DNA of 64,000 nt from Amoebidium appalachense (Eukaryota; Protista; Ichthyosporea): assembly GCA_963693365.1 (NCBI GenBank), contig CAVNZM010000002.1, positions 3,984,259 to 4,048,258 on the forward strand, in the 5' to 3' direction. Below, piece by piece: positions 42,716-64,000 of this stretch. The stretch's first letter is position 1, and the number at the start of each line of letters is the position of its first letter. The notes under the pieces were generated by a model. That model saw only the letters and a program-made list of their open reading frames with translations, was not told where the DNA came from and searched no databases. The position numbers were made by a program, and so were the translations under genes.

Positions 42716-42951
42716 AGACGCACGCACCCACGTATGCACCAGGAGAGAACACGAACAAGCACATATCCACAGAGAACACACAGACAGATTCCCACACGCC
42801 TCCTCAGGACCCACCCACCCACACCACCCATCTACACCATCAAACACTTGCACAAGCGCTCACATACACGTTAACGCACGCACGCACGCACAAGCACACA
42901 CACACACACATACACACACACACACATACACACGCACACGAACACACACAA

Positions 42952-42984
<33 letters not shown>

Positions 42985-43509
42985 CACACACACAACTAAA
43001 CACAAAATATGCAGCACAGCCACCCCCTCAAATTTATACACCCAACCACAACATCAAAGGAACAAGCCAAGGGGGAGTCCCACAAACACCCCAAGTACAG
43101 TCAGTGACCCAGCAACCCTGTAACAACCCCGTCCTTGTACAGATTCGACGCAAGAAAATGCATGCCAAGGGAGGTATAGTACCTTCATCAAGCACTGTTG
43201 TATGCAGCGAGAAACTCCCAATCCGTCACCTTTCCAACCTTGCTTCCAGCATGAATCCAGCATCCAGCCAAACACTGGCAATGCTTAGTAACCAACCCTC
43301 TCCTCTCTCTCTCTCTTCAATTATACAAGCTCAAGCTAAACACACAATAACACCGGACATGACGGCACACAATAAACCTTTAGCTATATCTCTATCATGC
43401 ACCATCCGGCGTCTGTTTTCCAACCGCAAGCTCTTTCTCAACATATATCCCTTCCTTTCTAGCGTTTCCCTTCTCTTCTCTCATTGTGTCTTTTCTCACA
43501 GTTCCCAGC

Positions 43510-43700
43510 CGGCCCGCGCGCGCGCGAAATTTCCGGGCCGGGGAACCGATTTGCCAAGTCACATGCTGATAGATGCGTGACGTCATGATTCATGCATTTC
43601 TGGCCAATCAAAACTGACCACCAGATTTAAAGTTGCCTTCTTTGGCAGCTTTAAGTTTTACATAGATTGCGAAAGGGGTTTGCGCAATCACTGGGGTGCA
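43510..43700. promoter_or_regulatory. Putative bidirectional promoter between CNOT4 and SAMTOR
   Basis: Microsatellite-free segment between the divergent genes, with GCGCGAAA (E2F-like), palindromic TGACGTCA (43578-85) and GGCCAATCA. Confidence 0.5.
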
Positions 43701-44285
43701 GCGGCAGCAGACTCGGCAGCAGTGCAGTTGTGTCAGTGTGTCCGTGTGCGTGTGTCATGCTTTAGTCCGTGTGTGCCGACTCGTGTGCAAGTATTTCGTT
43801 TATCTTCCTAGGATCACTGTTCGTATACAACGCAGATTACTTTCCTTTTCCACTTTTCCACGTCGTTGTTCATGGGCTGCTTACCGGGCCACCGTGACTG
43901 TTGTCAACTGGTGAAGATAGTTCACTTCGGAGTTGTTTCAGCAACTTTCCAATAAGCCATAAGAACTCTTCAGCTATTTTGTAAAGTTGTTGCATGGCTT
44001 GTAATTTTTTTTTTTTTTTTTTTTTGTGCGTTGGCGGGCCATAATATCCTCCTATTTTGCGGTATGAGTTATCAGTTAACCAGATTCGTCGTAACACAAC
44101 ACCGTGCATGTGTACCCCGTACATCAGCAATGAAGTTAGATGTTCTGTTACCTTGTACTTGTGAGTTCGAAATCCGCGTCGCTGGAAAGCATGCAAACCT
44201 AACGGTCGTGTAAGCACAGCGTAATTTTATCAAGAAAGTATCTCTTTTGTTTGAGCTGAGATTGGCACACCAAAAAACGATCAGA

Positions 44286-51936
<7,651 letters not shown>

Positions 51937-52687
51937 ATGAACTTTAAGTGGGTGGTGCTATTTTTAGCGCATTCCACCGCAGTTAAAGGTGCCGTGCAGC
52001 CTCAGCGTGATTGAATTCCATAATGACTGTTTGCATGCTGCATAGATGCACCCCTGCCTTTCATATTTGGGGTCGTGCTATGAGCCCCATCACATGATGA
52101 TGTATGGAAGGTTCTCTCGGAGATATTCTAAAAAGAGGCCGAGACCTTCATTTAAAGAACACAGCGGAATCGCATATCCCTGGAGTTCAAAGGCTTATGT
52201 CCAGTAGTTATGGCTAACCCTGCGATAACGCCTTTGTTCCTGTAATTTAAATAATAAATGATTCTTTTAACAATGGCCGTCGTTGATATTTCGTTCAAAT
52301 CGTGTGTTTATTACACAGGCAGGTGCGAGGGGGCTCCGCGGGGGGAAGGGGGGAGGGGGGGGGGGGGGGGAGAGGGGGGATCGGGGGGGGGGGGAGGGGG
52401 GGGGGGGGGGAACATCAAGACAAAAAGTTTGGAACGGCCGTATACAGTATTCAGTAATAAGTTGAGGCCCCTTTCCCCCTTCCCCCCTCCTCCCGATGGC
52501 TCCCTTTTCCCAGGAAGATTTGTTTCTTCGTGCTGTATATCGATCGGACAAAGTGCTCTCCCCCCCCTTCCATGGATGGTTCGCGTGTATATATATGCAA
52601 TACATGTGCGTGGCACTGCGTATGCGCATGCATCTGTGGTGTGTGCAGTGTGTGTATCAGTGTGTGTGTGTGTGAGTGTACATGTGT

Positions 52688-52735
<48 letters not shown>

Positions 52736-53056
52736 CACAAGTGTGTGTGTGTGTCACGTGTATGTGTACGTGCGTGTGCGTGTGTGTGTGTGTGTGACAC
52801 TGTGCACGTATTTGACATGTGTGTGTGTGTGTGTGCGCGCGCGCGCGCGCGCGTATGTGACTGTGTGTGTGCGTGTACGTATACACGTGTACATACGTGT
52901 GTGCACATATTTTGATAATAATACACAAACGTTTTACCAAAAAGCGGGGGGAGGGGGAGGGGGGGGGGGGGGGGGGAGAGGCTCTAGGGGGTCGAGTTGT
53001 GATCATGACTGATGCCTTTTTTTTTTTTTTTTTTCTCCCTCCCCCCGGGCCCGAGC

Positions 53057-53418
53057 CGCTTCGCGTGGATCTAGATATCTAAATATCTAGATTGTTAAAT
53101 TTACGTATAAAACTTCTGCAATCCGATCGATCTGTTAAATTGTAAAGTTTGCATAAAATCTAAATTGATTTCGACCCTCTTCCAGATGGGCGCATCTGGA
53201 AGGGGGGGGAGGTCTTCTATGTCTGGGATGAGACGATTGGTCCATGGAACACGCCTAAATATCTCTTATCAAATAGAATTGCGATCAACGGTCTAGATAA
53301 TTCAGTTTCTAAACTGCTCTACACTAATCGAATATCGAGCAGACTTTTAGATATTTAGAGAACGGCATTGGTTCTCTGAATTCGCCAAGTATTTAGATAT
53401 TTAGATTCAAGCGAGGCG
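53057..53418. mobile_element. MITE-like element with ~30-bp imperfect terminal inverted repeats
   Basis: Left end CGCTTCGCGTGGATCTAGATATCTAAATA versus the reverse complement of the right end, CGCCTCGCTTGAATCTAAATATCTAAATA. Internal hairpin CTTCCAGATG-GGCG-CATCTGGAAG. No clear TSD. Confidence 0.6.
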
Positions 53419-53456
53419 ACGCAATGCATTACTTTAAAAAAAAAAAATTAAAAAAT

Positions 53457-55673
53457 GGCCCCCCTGCTCGTATCATTGGTGATACCACTGGAGACCCCCT
53501 CATAGACTCTGATAAGTATTTCTCGGAACTGTTTAAAGATAGGACCCCCGCTCAGAAACCTATTGTGTGGCCTGTAGACCCATCTATCCCCATAGAATCG
53601 ATCCTCCCCTTTTTCAGTCCCGATACCATATGGTCTGTGATATCTAGTTATAGCTCTAGTAAGTCTTGTGGACCTGATGTACTTCCTGCTGGGTTTCTTA
53701 AAATCCTTGTTCCCTCCTACCCACAAAAGGAAGTGATCGTGCTATAAAACCTGATCTTACTATTATGTAAAGCTCTCTCTTTTCTTGGTGTGTTAAATGT
53801 GGACATGTCCCGTCATGTTGGTTAGATACCTTAGTGATCCCCATAGTTAAGAAGGACTCTGAGGGCCCCATATCATCTTTTCACCCCATCACACTAACGT
53901 TACCCAAGTTGTTCGTAGATTCTTTGAAGCTTGCTTTCTTAGGTTATTTGCACATCACCCTAGGTTTCAATCTATTCTTCACATACACCCATGCCAATCC
54001 GCTTTTCGTAAGAACAATTCATGTTATGTTCAAATAATGGCACTGCACGATTCTATGCAAGTTGGTGCACGATATGTTGGCTTTATTGATTGGAAAACTG
54101 CTTACGATTCTGTCTCCCCTGGTCTCCTATGGGAAAAGCTTGCTGCACGGGGTGTACCACACTGCATTGGCGTTCTGTTAGAAGCACTCTTGTCTCAAAC
54201 CTATGGTAGAGCTGTGGTTAATGGGCATCTTTCATATGGTTTTACTACGTACTAGAGGTCTCTTGCAGGGTTCATTGCTTAGCCCCTTTTTGTTTAACCT
54301 ATTTATAGATGATTTGGCTGTCTGGATTTATGCCGAAAATGATGACCCTAGTATTAACTTTCCGCCTGCACTTCTCTATGCTGATGATCTGTCCCTCCTT
54401 GCCCGTACCCCTAGACGCCTGCAAAGTTTGTTCGATATAGTGTCAGAGTGGTGCAAGGCAAACCTTATGATCCTTAACATAGACAAATGTGGTGTTCTTG
54501 TACCTGATATAGCTAACAATTTACACACATTTACATTATCATCTAAACAAAGCTTTACCTATAGTTCCAGAATACAAATATCTTGGAGTTCCCGTTAATT
54601 CTGTTGGTACATGTTATGTTTTCCCATATGGTTGAAAAGAGGGTAGAGTTGGCTCGTAAGCGGTTAGCTTTCTTCTCGGCTAATATTTTTAAAGACACAC
54701 CCCTCCATCCTTCTATTAATCTTACATTTATTCGCACTTTTGTATTCCCGGCATGTGAATATGGTTTACCCCTTCTCGCCGCTTGGATCAAGAAAGAGAG
54801 AACTAGAGCGCTTTAACCCTTGGCAAATTTCCTTGAAGCAGAAGTTGCCTCCTTTCTATCTAACAACTGTTGTAAACCTGGGCCTGTAACGCTCTCGATA
54901 TATCATCTGGTCCCAATAGCTGCTAGAGTATCCTATCTCGCGCTGAAATTCAATAAGCACATAAGCCGAGAAGTATTTGCCCTCCCACCCTCTCTTCTCT
55001 ATCCGACCTGTCCCCTCCTCACCTCTCCCCTCTTTCCTTCCCTCTCTCCCCTTCTCCCCCAGGCATAAATACAAATAAACCCCGCAAAAGTGTGCGTGTG
55101 ACTTTGGACTGCCACTTACTTATTAGACATGTACATAATCACAAGATAATCACGCAATATAACAAATGGAAAAAGATACCACACGACACTAGACCCGATG
55201 AAAGCAGACACCTTGAAAAACTAAGCCTTATGTCTCGTTTTATATATAATGACCGCCTCAACCATATTGCCAAATATGGCACTCGCAAATGTATAACACC
55301 TAAATACATATTACCTTCCTGTAGAACTGGTCTTTCTCTAGCTGATGGTATTATTGATCGATTACCACGCTTTTACTGTACACGTGCTATACAGTGGAGA
55401 TCTAGTAAGTATAAGGTGGCATCGTTTGCATGCCCAAACAACACACACACACACCAGTTTAAATGGTCATGTCTCGCCAAATGTAGTTTGATAGACCACA
55501 TAATACCACAACACACACACGTCACATTCACAACAGACACCCAGAAAGACAGCCTACCTGTAAATGACAACATGTACATCCTTGATTTTATACTAAACAC
55601 GCGTAACTACGACCTGTTTATGAGATGTATTGATTGGCTTGAGAAACACATCACTACAAAATTCTTGCGCACG

Positions 55674-55715
<42 letters not shown>

Positions 55716-55734
55716 CACGCACACACACGCACAC

Positions 55735-55826
<92 letters not shown>

Positions 55827-55854
55827 CCAGCTGATACCGAGTGTCCCAGGGGAG

Positions 55855-55890
<36 letters not shown>

Positions 55891-56117
55891 TTCCACAAAA
55901 AAAAAAAAAAAAAAACAACGGGGAACCCCAACTAATTGATTTTTCTTATTTTCTTAGTCTTTATGGTGTCTCGTAGAGAAAGTAAACCCTGATATATAGT
56001 CATCACCCGACATCTATGTACGTGATCATGATATACCGCTGAGGGGATATTCCGAGCAAAAAACCCCCATACCTGAGACTGGTCTCTCTTTGCCTCGAGT
56101 AAACATCGTAAACCCCC
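53457..56117 (+). mobile_element. LINE family copy 2, 5'-truncated, multiple frameshifts and stops
   Basis: Collinear with and highly similar to copy 1 from GPPARIIGD through the RT to the 3' end GTAAACCCCC. Confidence 0.95.
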
Positions 56118-56688
56118 GTTACATATGTGCCTGACGTCAGGTTCACGGATCCGGATTCCGGAAAACAGTCGGAGAAGGCACGTTTGCCAAAGCTCGAGCC
56201 ACGTATGATCATTCATTAGCCAGTGATGGGGAAAGGGTGTAATACAGTACTGTACTGCCGGTGGGACTTGCGGATTTGTAGCCTGCGCAGCTGATTTTAC
56301 GGTCCTACCTTCCTACACCACTACTGCCTGAGCATTGTAACGAATAGGCGAGAAAAACAGGGCCGGGAGGTACTTGAACAGCTCTTCCAACAAGTGCACG
56401 GTGTTGCTGGAGGATTATCATCATGCCAGTGGGCACTGGGCGTATGTCTGTGGCAGGCTGGCCGCTGTGCGGCCCCACGTGACGCATGCTGATCACCATG
56501 GGTGTCCCACCGCAGGCTGGTACGCCTTAGGCCTAGACTTTTGCAGCGTACTCACCTGCAGTTGCAACTTTATTTTTAATTATATTACTATTTTGACTAC
56601 CTATATTCATGCTTACATATGCATGATGTCTCAAAAACGAAGAACGAAGCATATTTTAGTGGCATGAGCATGATGCACTCACCTGTCC

Positions 56689-56768
56689 GTGACGTAATCC
56701 TAATGACGTCAAAGTGACGTCATGTAGTCGTGAGCGTTATGTGAGCTCGACTCAGAGTAAATAAAAAG
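56689..56768 (+). promoter_or_regulatory. Cluster of CRE-like motifs upstream of IDO
   Basis: TGACGTAA, TGACGTCA (56704-11), TGACGTCA (56715-22) and TAAATAAAAA within about 140 bp of the ATG. Confidence 0.45.
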
Positions 56769-56826
56769 TGTTCTTTTCTATACACAACAGTCAGACTGCA
56801 AGGAGGGTCTAGGAAAACACCTCGAG

Positions 56827-57978
56827 ATGTTAACGTTCAGCACTAAGTCCCGTGTGCCGGAGTTGGCAAAGTATGGCCTGAGCAGGGAGCGCGGCTTTCT
56901 TCCCCCACAGGTTTGTCAACGTGAGCCTTTTCCGAGGATTACTACGACGGTCACACCGGGACCATGTCATCCAAACCTGAAGAAGACCATGGTTTTCTGT
57001 TTTGGTTTTTGTCTGATGAAAATCAAGATTACACACACTTTCGCCAGGGCTCTCTAGAATTTTGCTTTGCTTTGCTAATACCGTGTGTGCGTGTGCGTGT
57101 GTGCGTGCGTGAGTGTGTGTGTGTGTGAGTGTGTGTGTGTGTGGTGTTTTTTTGTGTAATGCTGGGCAGTGCATGTTTATCTTGACACCCCCCTTTTTTT
57201 CCCAGGATCCTCTCACGCGCCTACCACCTGCCTACCATGCCTGGGACACTGCCATCCAGGAGGTACCCCGCTACATTGATGCTTGTGTCATCAGGCAGCA
57301 ACTCGACAAACTTCCCCTTTTGCCTTCATCTGGCTTGGTATGTGCCCTAGTTTCGCAATGCGCATCAAATGAATGTGTCATCATGCGGAATGTGGGTGTG
57401 TATATGCACGGTCTACACTACTGTGAGAAGGGCACAGTGGGTGGCAGTGTGGTCACGGGCACAAAGCGGTATGGCTGTTGCTTAGTGCTTGACACGGTGT
57501 ACTTAAACACCACCACCCAATCCTTCCTTGGCCATGTGTTGCCGATGTATATATGAGTTGCTGGGAGAAATGTGATTTTGAAGGTGCACCTTGTGAAGTG
57601 TAAAGGCTGGTTGATAAAACAGCGTTTTTAAATAATCTTCATTTCTTCACGGCCACCGTAGTTAATTACTTCACTTCTCCTGTAGCCCTACTAACATCCG
57701 CATCTGTCATGCAGAAGGATGGACCTGAACTCCAGCGTGCCTACAGTGTGCTTAGCCTCATGTGCCACGCCTACATCTGGGGGGAGGGAGAGGACAGAGC
57801 ATGCGAGGTGCTTCCTAGCAATCTTGCCGTGCCTTGGGTTGAGGTATCCAAGAGGCTGGGCCTGCCACCAATCATCACCCACGCGGCATCTGTGTTGTGG
57901 AGCTGGCGGAGGATAGACCCCGAGGGGCCTTTGGACCTGTCGAACATGGAGTGCTTGAACATCACAGGTGCGTTTTTT

Positions 57979-58020
<42 letters not shown>

Positions 58021-59288
58021 TTTTTTTTTGGGGGGGGGGTTGTGTAGGTTGTGCAATATTGCCATACAAGATCCGTAGTAATTACATCTTGATAATGATT
58101 TACCACAGGGGGAGGACCGGACGAGGCGTGGTTCTACCTTGTGACGGTTGAGATTGAGGCCAAAGGGGCCACGGCCCTGTGTGCCATGGTGGATGGCCTG
58201 GTGGCAGCAGAGGAGGATAGGCCTGATGACGTAGTTGGGCACTTGGATGAACTTGCAAGGGCAATAGGAAACATGGGCGCTACACTCAAGAGGATGTATG
58301 GTAGGTGCCTAAAGTCCACACACACACACACACATCATGGCTCTCTCTCTCTCTCTCTCTCCCTTCCTCCACTCTCTCTCAGTCTCTCTTTCTCTCTCGC
58401 GCGCGCTCTCTCTCTTTCTCTGTCTGTCTCTCTCTCTCTCTTTCTCTGTCGCTCCCTCTCTCTATCTCTCTCGCAGAGTCTCTCTCTCTCTCTCTCCCCC
58501 CCCCCCCCCCCCCCCCCCCCCCATCTCCCTCCCCGTTTCTTTCTTTTTTCCTTTTTCTTTCTTCTTTTTTCCACTTTTATGAACCCAAAAGAAGGGAGGG
58601 GGGGATAGCGAGGTGCAGGGTCTTTGAATGCAGTCAAACCATCTCTCCCACAGATGGTTTTCGTGTGCTTCAACATAATGATTATCTTTGAAATTTTTAA
58701 CAGGCACTATTTTTCCCGACACAGAAAAATGCGACCCGCAAGTGTTCTTTAACAAAGTTCGCCTCTACCAATCCGGGTGGAAAAACAACCCAGCCCGTCC
58801 CAACGGTCTCATCTACGAGGGTGTCTCCAAGGACCCACTGCAATATAGTGGCGGTAGTGCTGCTCAAAGCAGTAGCATACATGCCATAGACGTTGGGTTG
58901 GGTGTGGAACATGGACCCGTACCAAAAAGTGACGAAAGCAATGGGGTTAAGGGGACCGCGGCGGAGTGTTCTGCAACGGTTAAGGCGGAGAGTAATGGAA
59001 ATGGTGTTGCGTGTCCTGTGACAGGACAACAGAGCATGGGGGGGAGCAATGGGATTACTGGGTGTCCGGTGAAGACGGCGGGACATGAAGAGTAAGTGTG
59101 CTTGTGTGTGGATGGAACTGGGTGTTGGCAGGTAACCAATGACACGTGCCTGCCTGCCTCTGTGTGTCTGCGTGACTGCGTGTTTCTGTGCTTTTGTGTG
59201 CTAAGTGTTTTCTGGGTGCGCGATCCTGGTGGGGAATTTTCGTGAATAAGATATAAACATCAAATCTCTCTTCTGCTTGTCTTACTCC

Positions 59289-59319
<31 letters not shown>

Positions 59320-59820
59320 AAAACCTCAGTCCCCCGCCCTGCCCCGCCCCCAGAAACACACACAGTCACTCACACGCCCTTCGCTGCTCCCGCCTCCCGC
59401 CCCTCTCAACCTACCCAACCACCTATCACAAATACAAAGTTTAACATACACACATGTGAATTACATAATAATAAACTGGCTCATCTATAGAAGCATTTGG
59501 CCCCCCCTGATGATGGCTCCTTCAAGTATTTTCTGCCTTCTCGTTTTGGTTTATTGATGTTCCTTCCGCATTCAACAACCCCCCCCCCCCCCCCCCCCAC
59601 CCCACCCCCTCCCGATGGGCTCTACTTATACTGCACACTCTTTCGTGTGTATTTTGCCAACACCTGCATCATGCTGTTAGTCGTAAATATGTACTTCGTT
59701 CTATATAACAACATTCTAACTCCTCCCCTCCCACACACACATCCCCTCTCTCCCACCTCCGCCCCCCCAACCCACCCGATCCCCCCATCCCCCCCCCCCC
59801 CAACCCACCCGATCTCCCCA

Positions 59821-59855
<35 letters not shown>

Positions 59856-60602
59856 ACACACACACACCCACACACCCAAACCCACCCACACACCTACCCC
59901 GACCCATTGTAGCACTTTCCTTCGCGCAATGCGTCAGCATATGCCCGAAAAGGACAGGGCGTTTCTAGAAGCCCTCGAGTCTGTGCCGTCCATCCGTTCG
60001 TACGTGTGCAGTCACCAGGACACATGCCCGGCACTGAGGGTGGCCTATAATGCTGCACTCGATGCACTGATTGCATTTAGGAGCATCCATATACAGGTGA
60101 GTAGAAGGGATTGTGTCTGTATAAAGTTTTTTTGCTGTTAGATTTTGTGCGTGTAGTGTTGACTTATTTTGGTTACTGTTATGTGCACGAATGTTTTGGT
60201 TATGTGTGGTATGGTATTGTGTATAATTTGAATTTGGGACGGTGGGGTTTTTTGTGCTTGGTTGTTGGGGTTTGTGTATTATATGTTTTGTGATGATCGG
60301 ATTGACAATGCGAGTACACACACGTGCACACACGTTTTGCTACTTCGCTTTCCAGCTTTAGCAATGAGTACTTGGGTTTGTGTGTGTGCATTTGTGCATG
60401 TGTGTGCGCGCATGCGTGTGTGTGTGTGTGTGTCTTCATACACGACACAGCTCATGTGCAAACAGCGCTGCTATATGGGTGTGCTGCCCCCCCCCCCTCC
60501 CCCCCCCCCCCCCCCCCCCCCCCCCGGGCGCATGAAATGATGCCATGTCTGTATGACCAAACATCGACATCATATTGACGTCAGATCGTGATATGTCGAT
60601 AT
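56827..60602 (+). CDS. IDO: Indoleamine 2,3-dioxygenase (IDO/BNA2 family); 3' end interrupted by a LINE, with any remainder outside the window
   Basis: Exons 56827-56910, 57206-57337, 57715-57967, 58109-58300, 58725-59091, 59913-60096, and the start of exon 7 at 60585. Motifs RGFLP..DPL..LP, HAYIWG, LGLPP, DEAWFYLV, YSGGSAAQSS, FLRAMRQHMP, FRSIHIQ (proximal His). The C-terminal GTGG motif is absent from the window. Confidence 0.9.
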
Positions 60603-60901
60603 GGGGGGTTTACGCTGTTTACTCGAGGCAAAGAGAAACCAGTCTCAGGTATGGGGGGTTTTGCTCGGAATATTCCCTCAGCGGTATATCATGATCACGT
60701 ACATAGATGTCGGGTGATGATTATATACCAGGGTTTACTTTCTCTACGAGGCACCATAAAGACTAAGACAAATCAATTAGTTGGGTTCCCCTTTTATTTT
60801 TATTTTTATTTATTATTTATTTTTTATTTTATTTTATTTTATTTTATTTTATTTTATTTTTTATTTTTTTTCGGGCTCCCCTGGGACACTCGGTATCAGC
60901 T

Positions 60902-60961
<60 letters not shown>

Positions 60962-63900
60962 AGAATTTTGTAATGATGGGTTTCTCAAGCCAATCAATAC
61001 ATCTAATAAACAGGTCATAGTTACGCGTGTTTAGTATAAAATCAAGGATGTTGTAATTTTCAGGTAGGCTATCTTTCTGGGTGTCTGTTGTGAATGTGTC
61101 GTGTGTGTGTTGCGGTATTATGTGGTCTATCAAACTACATTTGGCGATACATGACCGTTTAAACTGGTGTGTGTGTGTGTTGTTTGGGCATGCAAAAGAT
61201 GCCACCTTATACTTATTAGATCTCCACTGTATAGCACGTGTACAGTAAAAGCGTGGTAAGTGATCAATAATACCATCAGCTAGAGAAAGACCAATTCTAC
61301 AGGAAGGTAATATGTATTTAGGTGTTACACATTTGCGAGTGCCATATTTGGCAATATGGTTAAGGCAGTCATTACATACATCTGGCCCAAACCCGCTAAT
61401 TCAAAAAATAGGGTATTTATTTTAAGGGCGTACCGCATCCAATCATTCGGCGCCAAATTTTTTAAGGGCGTGCCGCATCCAATCGGCTGATATGACTTCC
61501 AAAAATCGGATCGTCTAAGCCAGCAAATCAATTTCGGTAACGGCCAATCCAAGCCGTTGCGGCAGAAAAAACTGGTATGCTCAGCGGGTTGTTCCAACTT
61601 ACATCGGACTTATTCGCAGTAATCATAGCGCGAAACCGTGCAATAAAGCAGTAAAAGGATAGTATAACACCATATTCTAAAGCAGCAGAGTTTGCGCTCG
61701 TTTCTACTAGAAAAAAGCGCGCTTTGTTCTTTAGCTATTGGGGCGGTAGATTCACCGCCCGCTACAGAAATTTTACTGCGCTCATAATCAGATCGACGAA
61801 AAAGGAAAGAGATCGGAATGCGGAAATTAGGCCCCCGAGCGTTAGAGCAAGTTGGCGCTATGAAACGAGACATAAGGCTTAGTTTTTCAAGGTGTATGCT
61901 TTCATCGGGTCTAGTGTCGTGTGGTATCTTTTTCCATTTGTTATATTGCGTAGTTATTTTGTGATAATGTACATGTCTAATAAGTAAGTGGCAGTCCAAA
62001 GTCACACGCACACTTTTGCGGGGTTTATTTGTATTTGTGCCCGGGGAAGAAGGAGAGAGAGAGGGAAGGAAAGAGGGGAGAGGTGGGGAGGGGACAGGTC
62101 GGATAGAGAAGAGAGGGTGGGAGGGCAAATAATTTTTTAAGCGGCTGATGTGCTTATTGAATTTCAGCGTGAGATGGGATACTCTAGCAACTATTGGGAC
62201 CAGACCATATATCGAGAGCGTTACAGGCCCAGGTTTACAACAGTTGTTAGATAGAAAGGAGGCAACTTCTGCTTCAAGGAAATTTGCCAAGGGTTTAAGC
62301 GCTCTAGTTCTCTCTTTCTTGATCCAAGCGGCGAGAAGGGGTAAACCATATTCACATGCCGGGAAGACAAAAATGCGAATGTATGTAAGTCTAATAGAAG
62401 GATGGAGGGGTGTGTCTTTGAAAATATTAGCCGAGAAGAAAGCTAACTGCTCACGAGCCAGCTCTACCCTCTTTTCAACCATATGGGAAAACATAACACC
62501 AACAGAATTAACCGGAACTCCAAGATATTTGTATTCTGGAACTATAGGTACAGGTTTAGATGATAATGTAAATGTGTGTAAATTGTTAGCTATATCAGGT
62601 ACAAGAACACCACATTTGTCTATGTTAAGGATCATAAGGTTTACCTTGCACCACTCTGACACTATATCGAACAAACTTTGCAGGCGTCTAGGGGTACGGG
62701 CAAGGAGGCACAGATCATCAGCATAGAGAAGTGCAGGCGGAAAGTTATTACTAGGGTCATCATTTTCGGCATAAATCTTGACAGCCAAATCATCTATAAA
62801 TAGGTTAACAAAAAGGGGCTAAGCAATGAACCCTGCAAGAGACCTCTAGTACGAGAAAAACCTTATGAAAGGTGCCCATTAACCACAGCTCTATTATAGG
62901 TTTGAGACAAGAGTGCTTCTAACAAAAGACCAATGCAGTGTGGTACACCCCGTGCAGCAAGCTTTTCCCATAGGAGACCAGGGGAGACAGAATCGTAAGC
63001 AGTTTTCCAATCAATAAAACCAACATATCGTGCACCAACTTGCATAGAATCGCGCAGTGCCATTATTTGAACATAACATGAATTGTTTTTTCGAAAAGCG
63101 GCATGGGTGTATGTGAAGAATAGATTGAAAACTAGGGTGATGTGCAAATAACCTAAGTGAGCAGGCTTGGCTTCAAAGAATCTACGAACAACCTGGGTTA
63201 GTGTGATGGGGCGAAAAGATGATACGGGGCCCGCAGAGTCCTTCTTAACTATGGGATCACTAAGGTATCTAACCAAGTTGACGGGACATGTCCACATTTA
63301 ACACACCAAGAAAAGAGAGAGCTTAACATAATAGTAAGATCACGTTTAATAGCACGATCACTTTCCTTTTGTGGGGAACAAGGATTTTAAGAAACCCAGC
63401 AGGAAGTCCATCAGGTCCACAAGACTTCCTAGAGCGATAACTAGATATCACAGACCATACGGTATCGGGACGGAAAAAGGGGAGGATCGATTCTATGGGG
63501 ATAGATGGGTCTACAGGCCACACAATATGTCTCTGAGCGGGGGTCCTATCTTTAAACAGTTCCGAGAAATACTTATCAGAGTCTATGAGGGGGTCTCCAG
63601 TGGTATCACCAATATTACGAGCAGGGGGGCCAAATCGATTCATACTAGCAAGCCGGCGCAAGCTTTCCTTTTGAGACAGGGGCTCACCTAGTCTAGCGGG
63701 AGTGGTGTTTGGTAACGAGAGAGCATCGGGGTATTCCTTCCTACCACCACCAGCATAATCACCGAGATCTATCAAATCATCAACAATAAAGTTAGTGCAT
63801 GTATCTAGTACGAGATGTGAATCTGGTCTGGCTTGTGCAGATTCTAATAGGCGCATATATATAGGGTGTTTCGTTGCATAGCATACACATACATCAACTC

Positions 63901-64000
63901 TACCCCACTGTTACTTGAGGAGGAGGGAGCAGATCAAAGGAGATCTTAGGTAGGAAAAGGTTAGGAGAGTGGTCAAATGACCTAGAGAGTAGGAGGGAGA
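60603..64000 (-). mobile_element. LINE family copy 3 (frameshifted; continues past the window edge)
   Basis: Collinear with copy 1; 3' end GTAAACCCCCC at 60603. Confidence 0.95.
61379..61859. mobile_element. Unclassified ~480-bp insertion nested in LINE copy 3
   Basis: Absent from copies 1 and 2 at the homologous site (CAGT..TATAAAACGAGAC). Contains the direct repeat TTTTAAGGGCGTRCCGCATCCAATC twice. Confidence 0.7.

Overview
Eukaryotic DNA rich in introns, (CA)n/(GT)n microsatellites and poly-C/G tracts. Gene content suggests a unicellular opisthokont, possibly holozoan-like; this is inference only. Most ORF-track entries are microsatellite noise. Five spliced genes could be reconstructed: a membrane-anchored six-hairpin glycosidase-like protein (-), Old Yellow Enzyme (+), CNOT4/Not4 (-), SAMTOR/BMT2 (+, divergent from CNOT4) and an indoleamine 2,3-dioxygenase (+) whose exon 7 appears to be hit by a LINE. 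Mobile DNA includes three copies of one decayed APE-RT LINE family, one related LINE fragment, a solo LTR, two foldback/MITE-like elements and a 69-bp minisatellite. The main finding is a non-coding repeat family with at least 14 full or partial copies. They lie in introns, in host-sense orientation, next to poly-C. Its conserved core has all hammerhead catalytic motifs (GUU, GAAA, CUGANGA) and three helices supported by compensatory changes, but the strands are in an order matching none of hammerhead types I-III. It is a candidate permuted, pseudoknotted ribozyme retroelement. Activity is untested.
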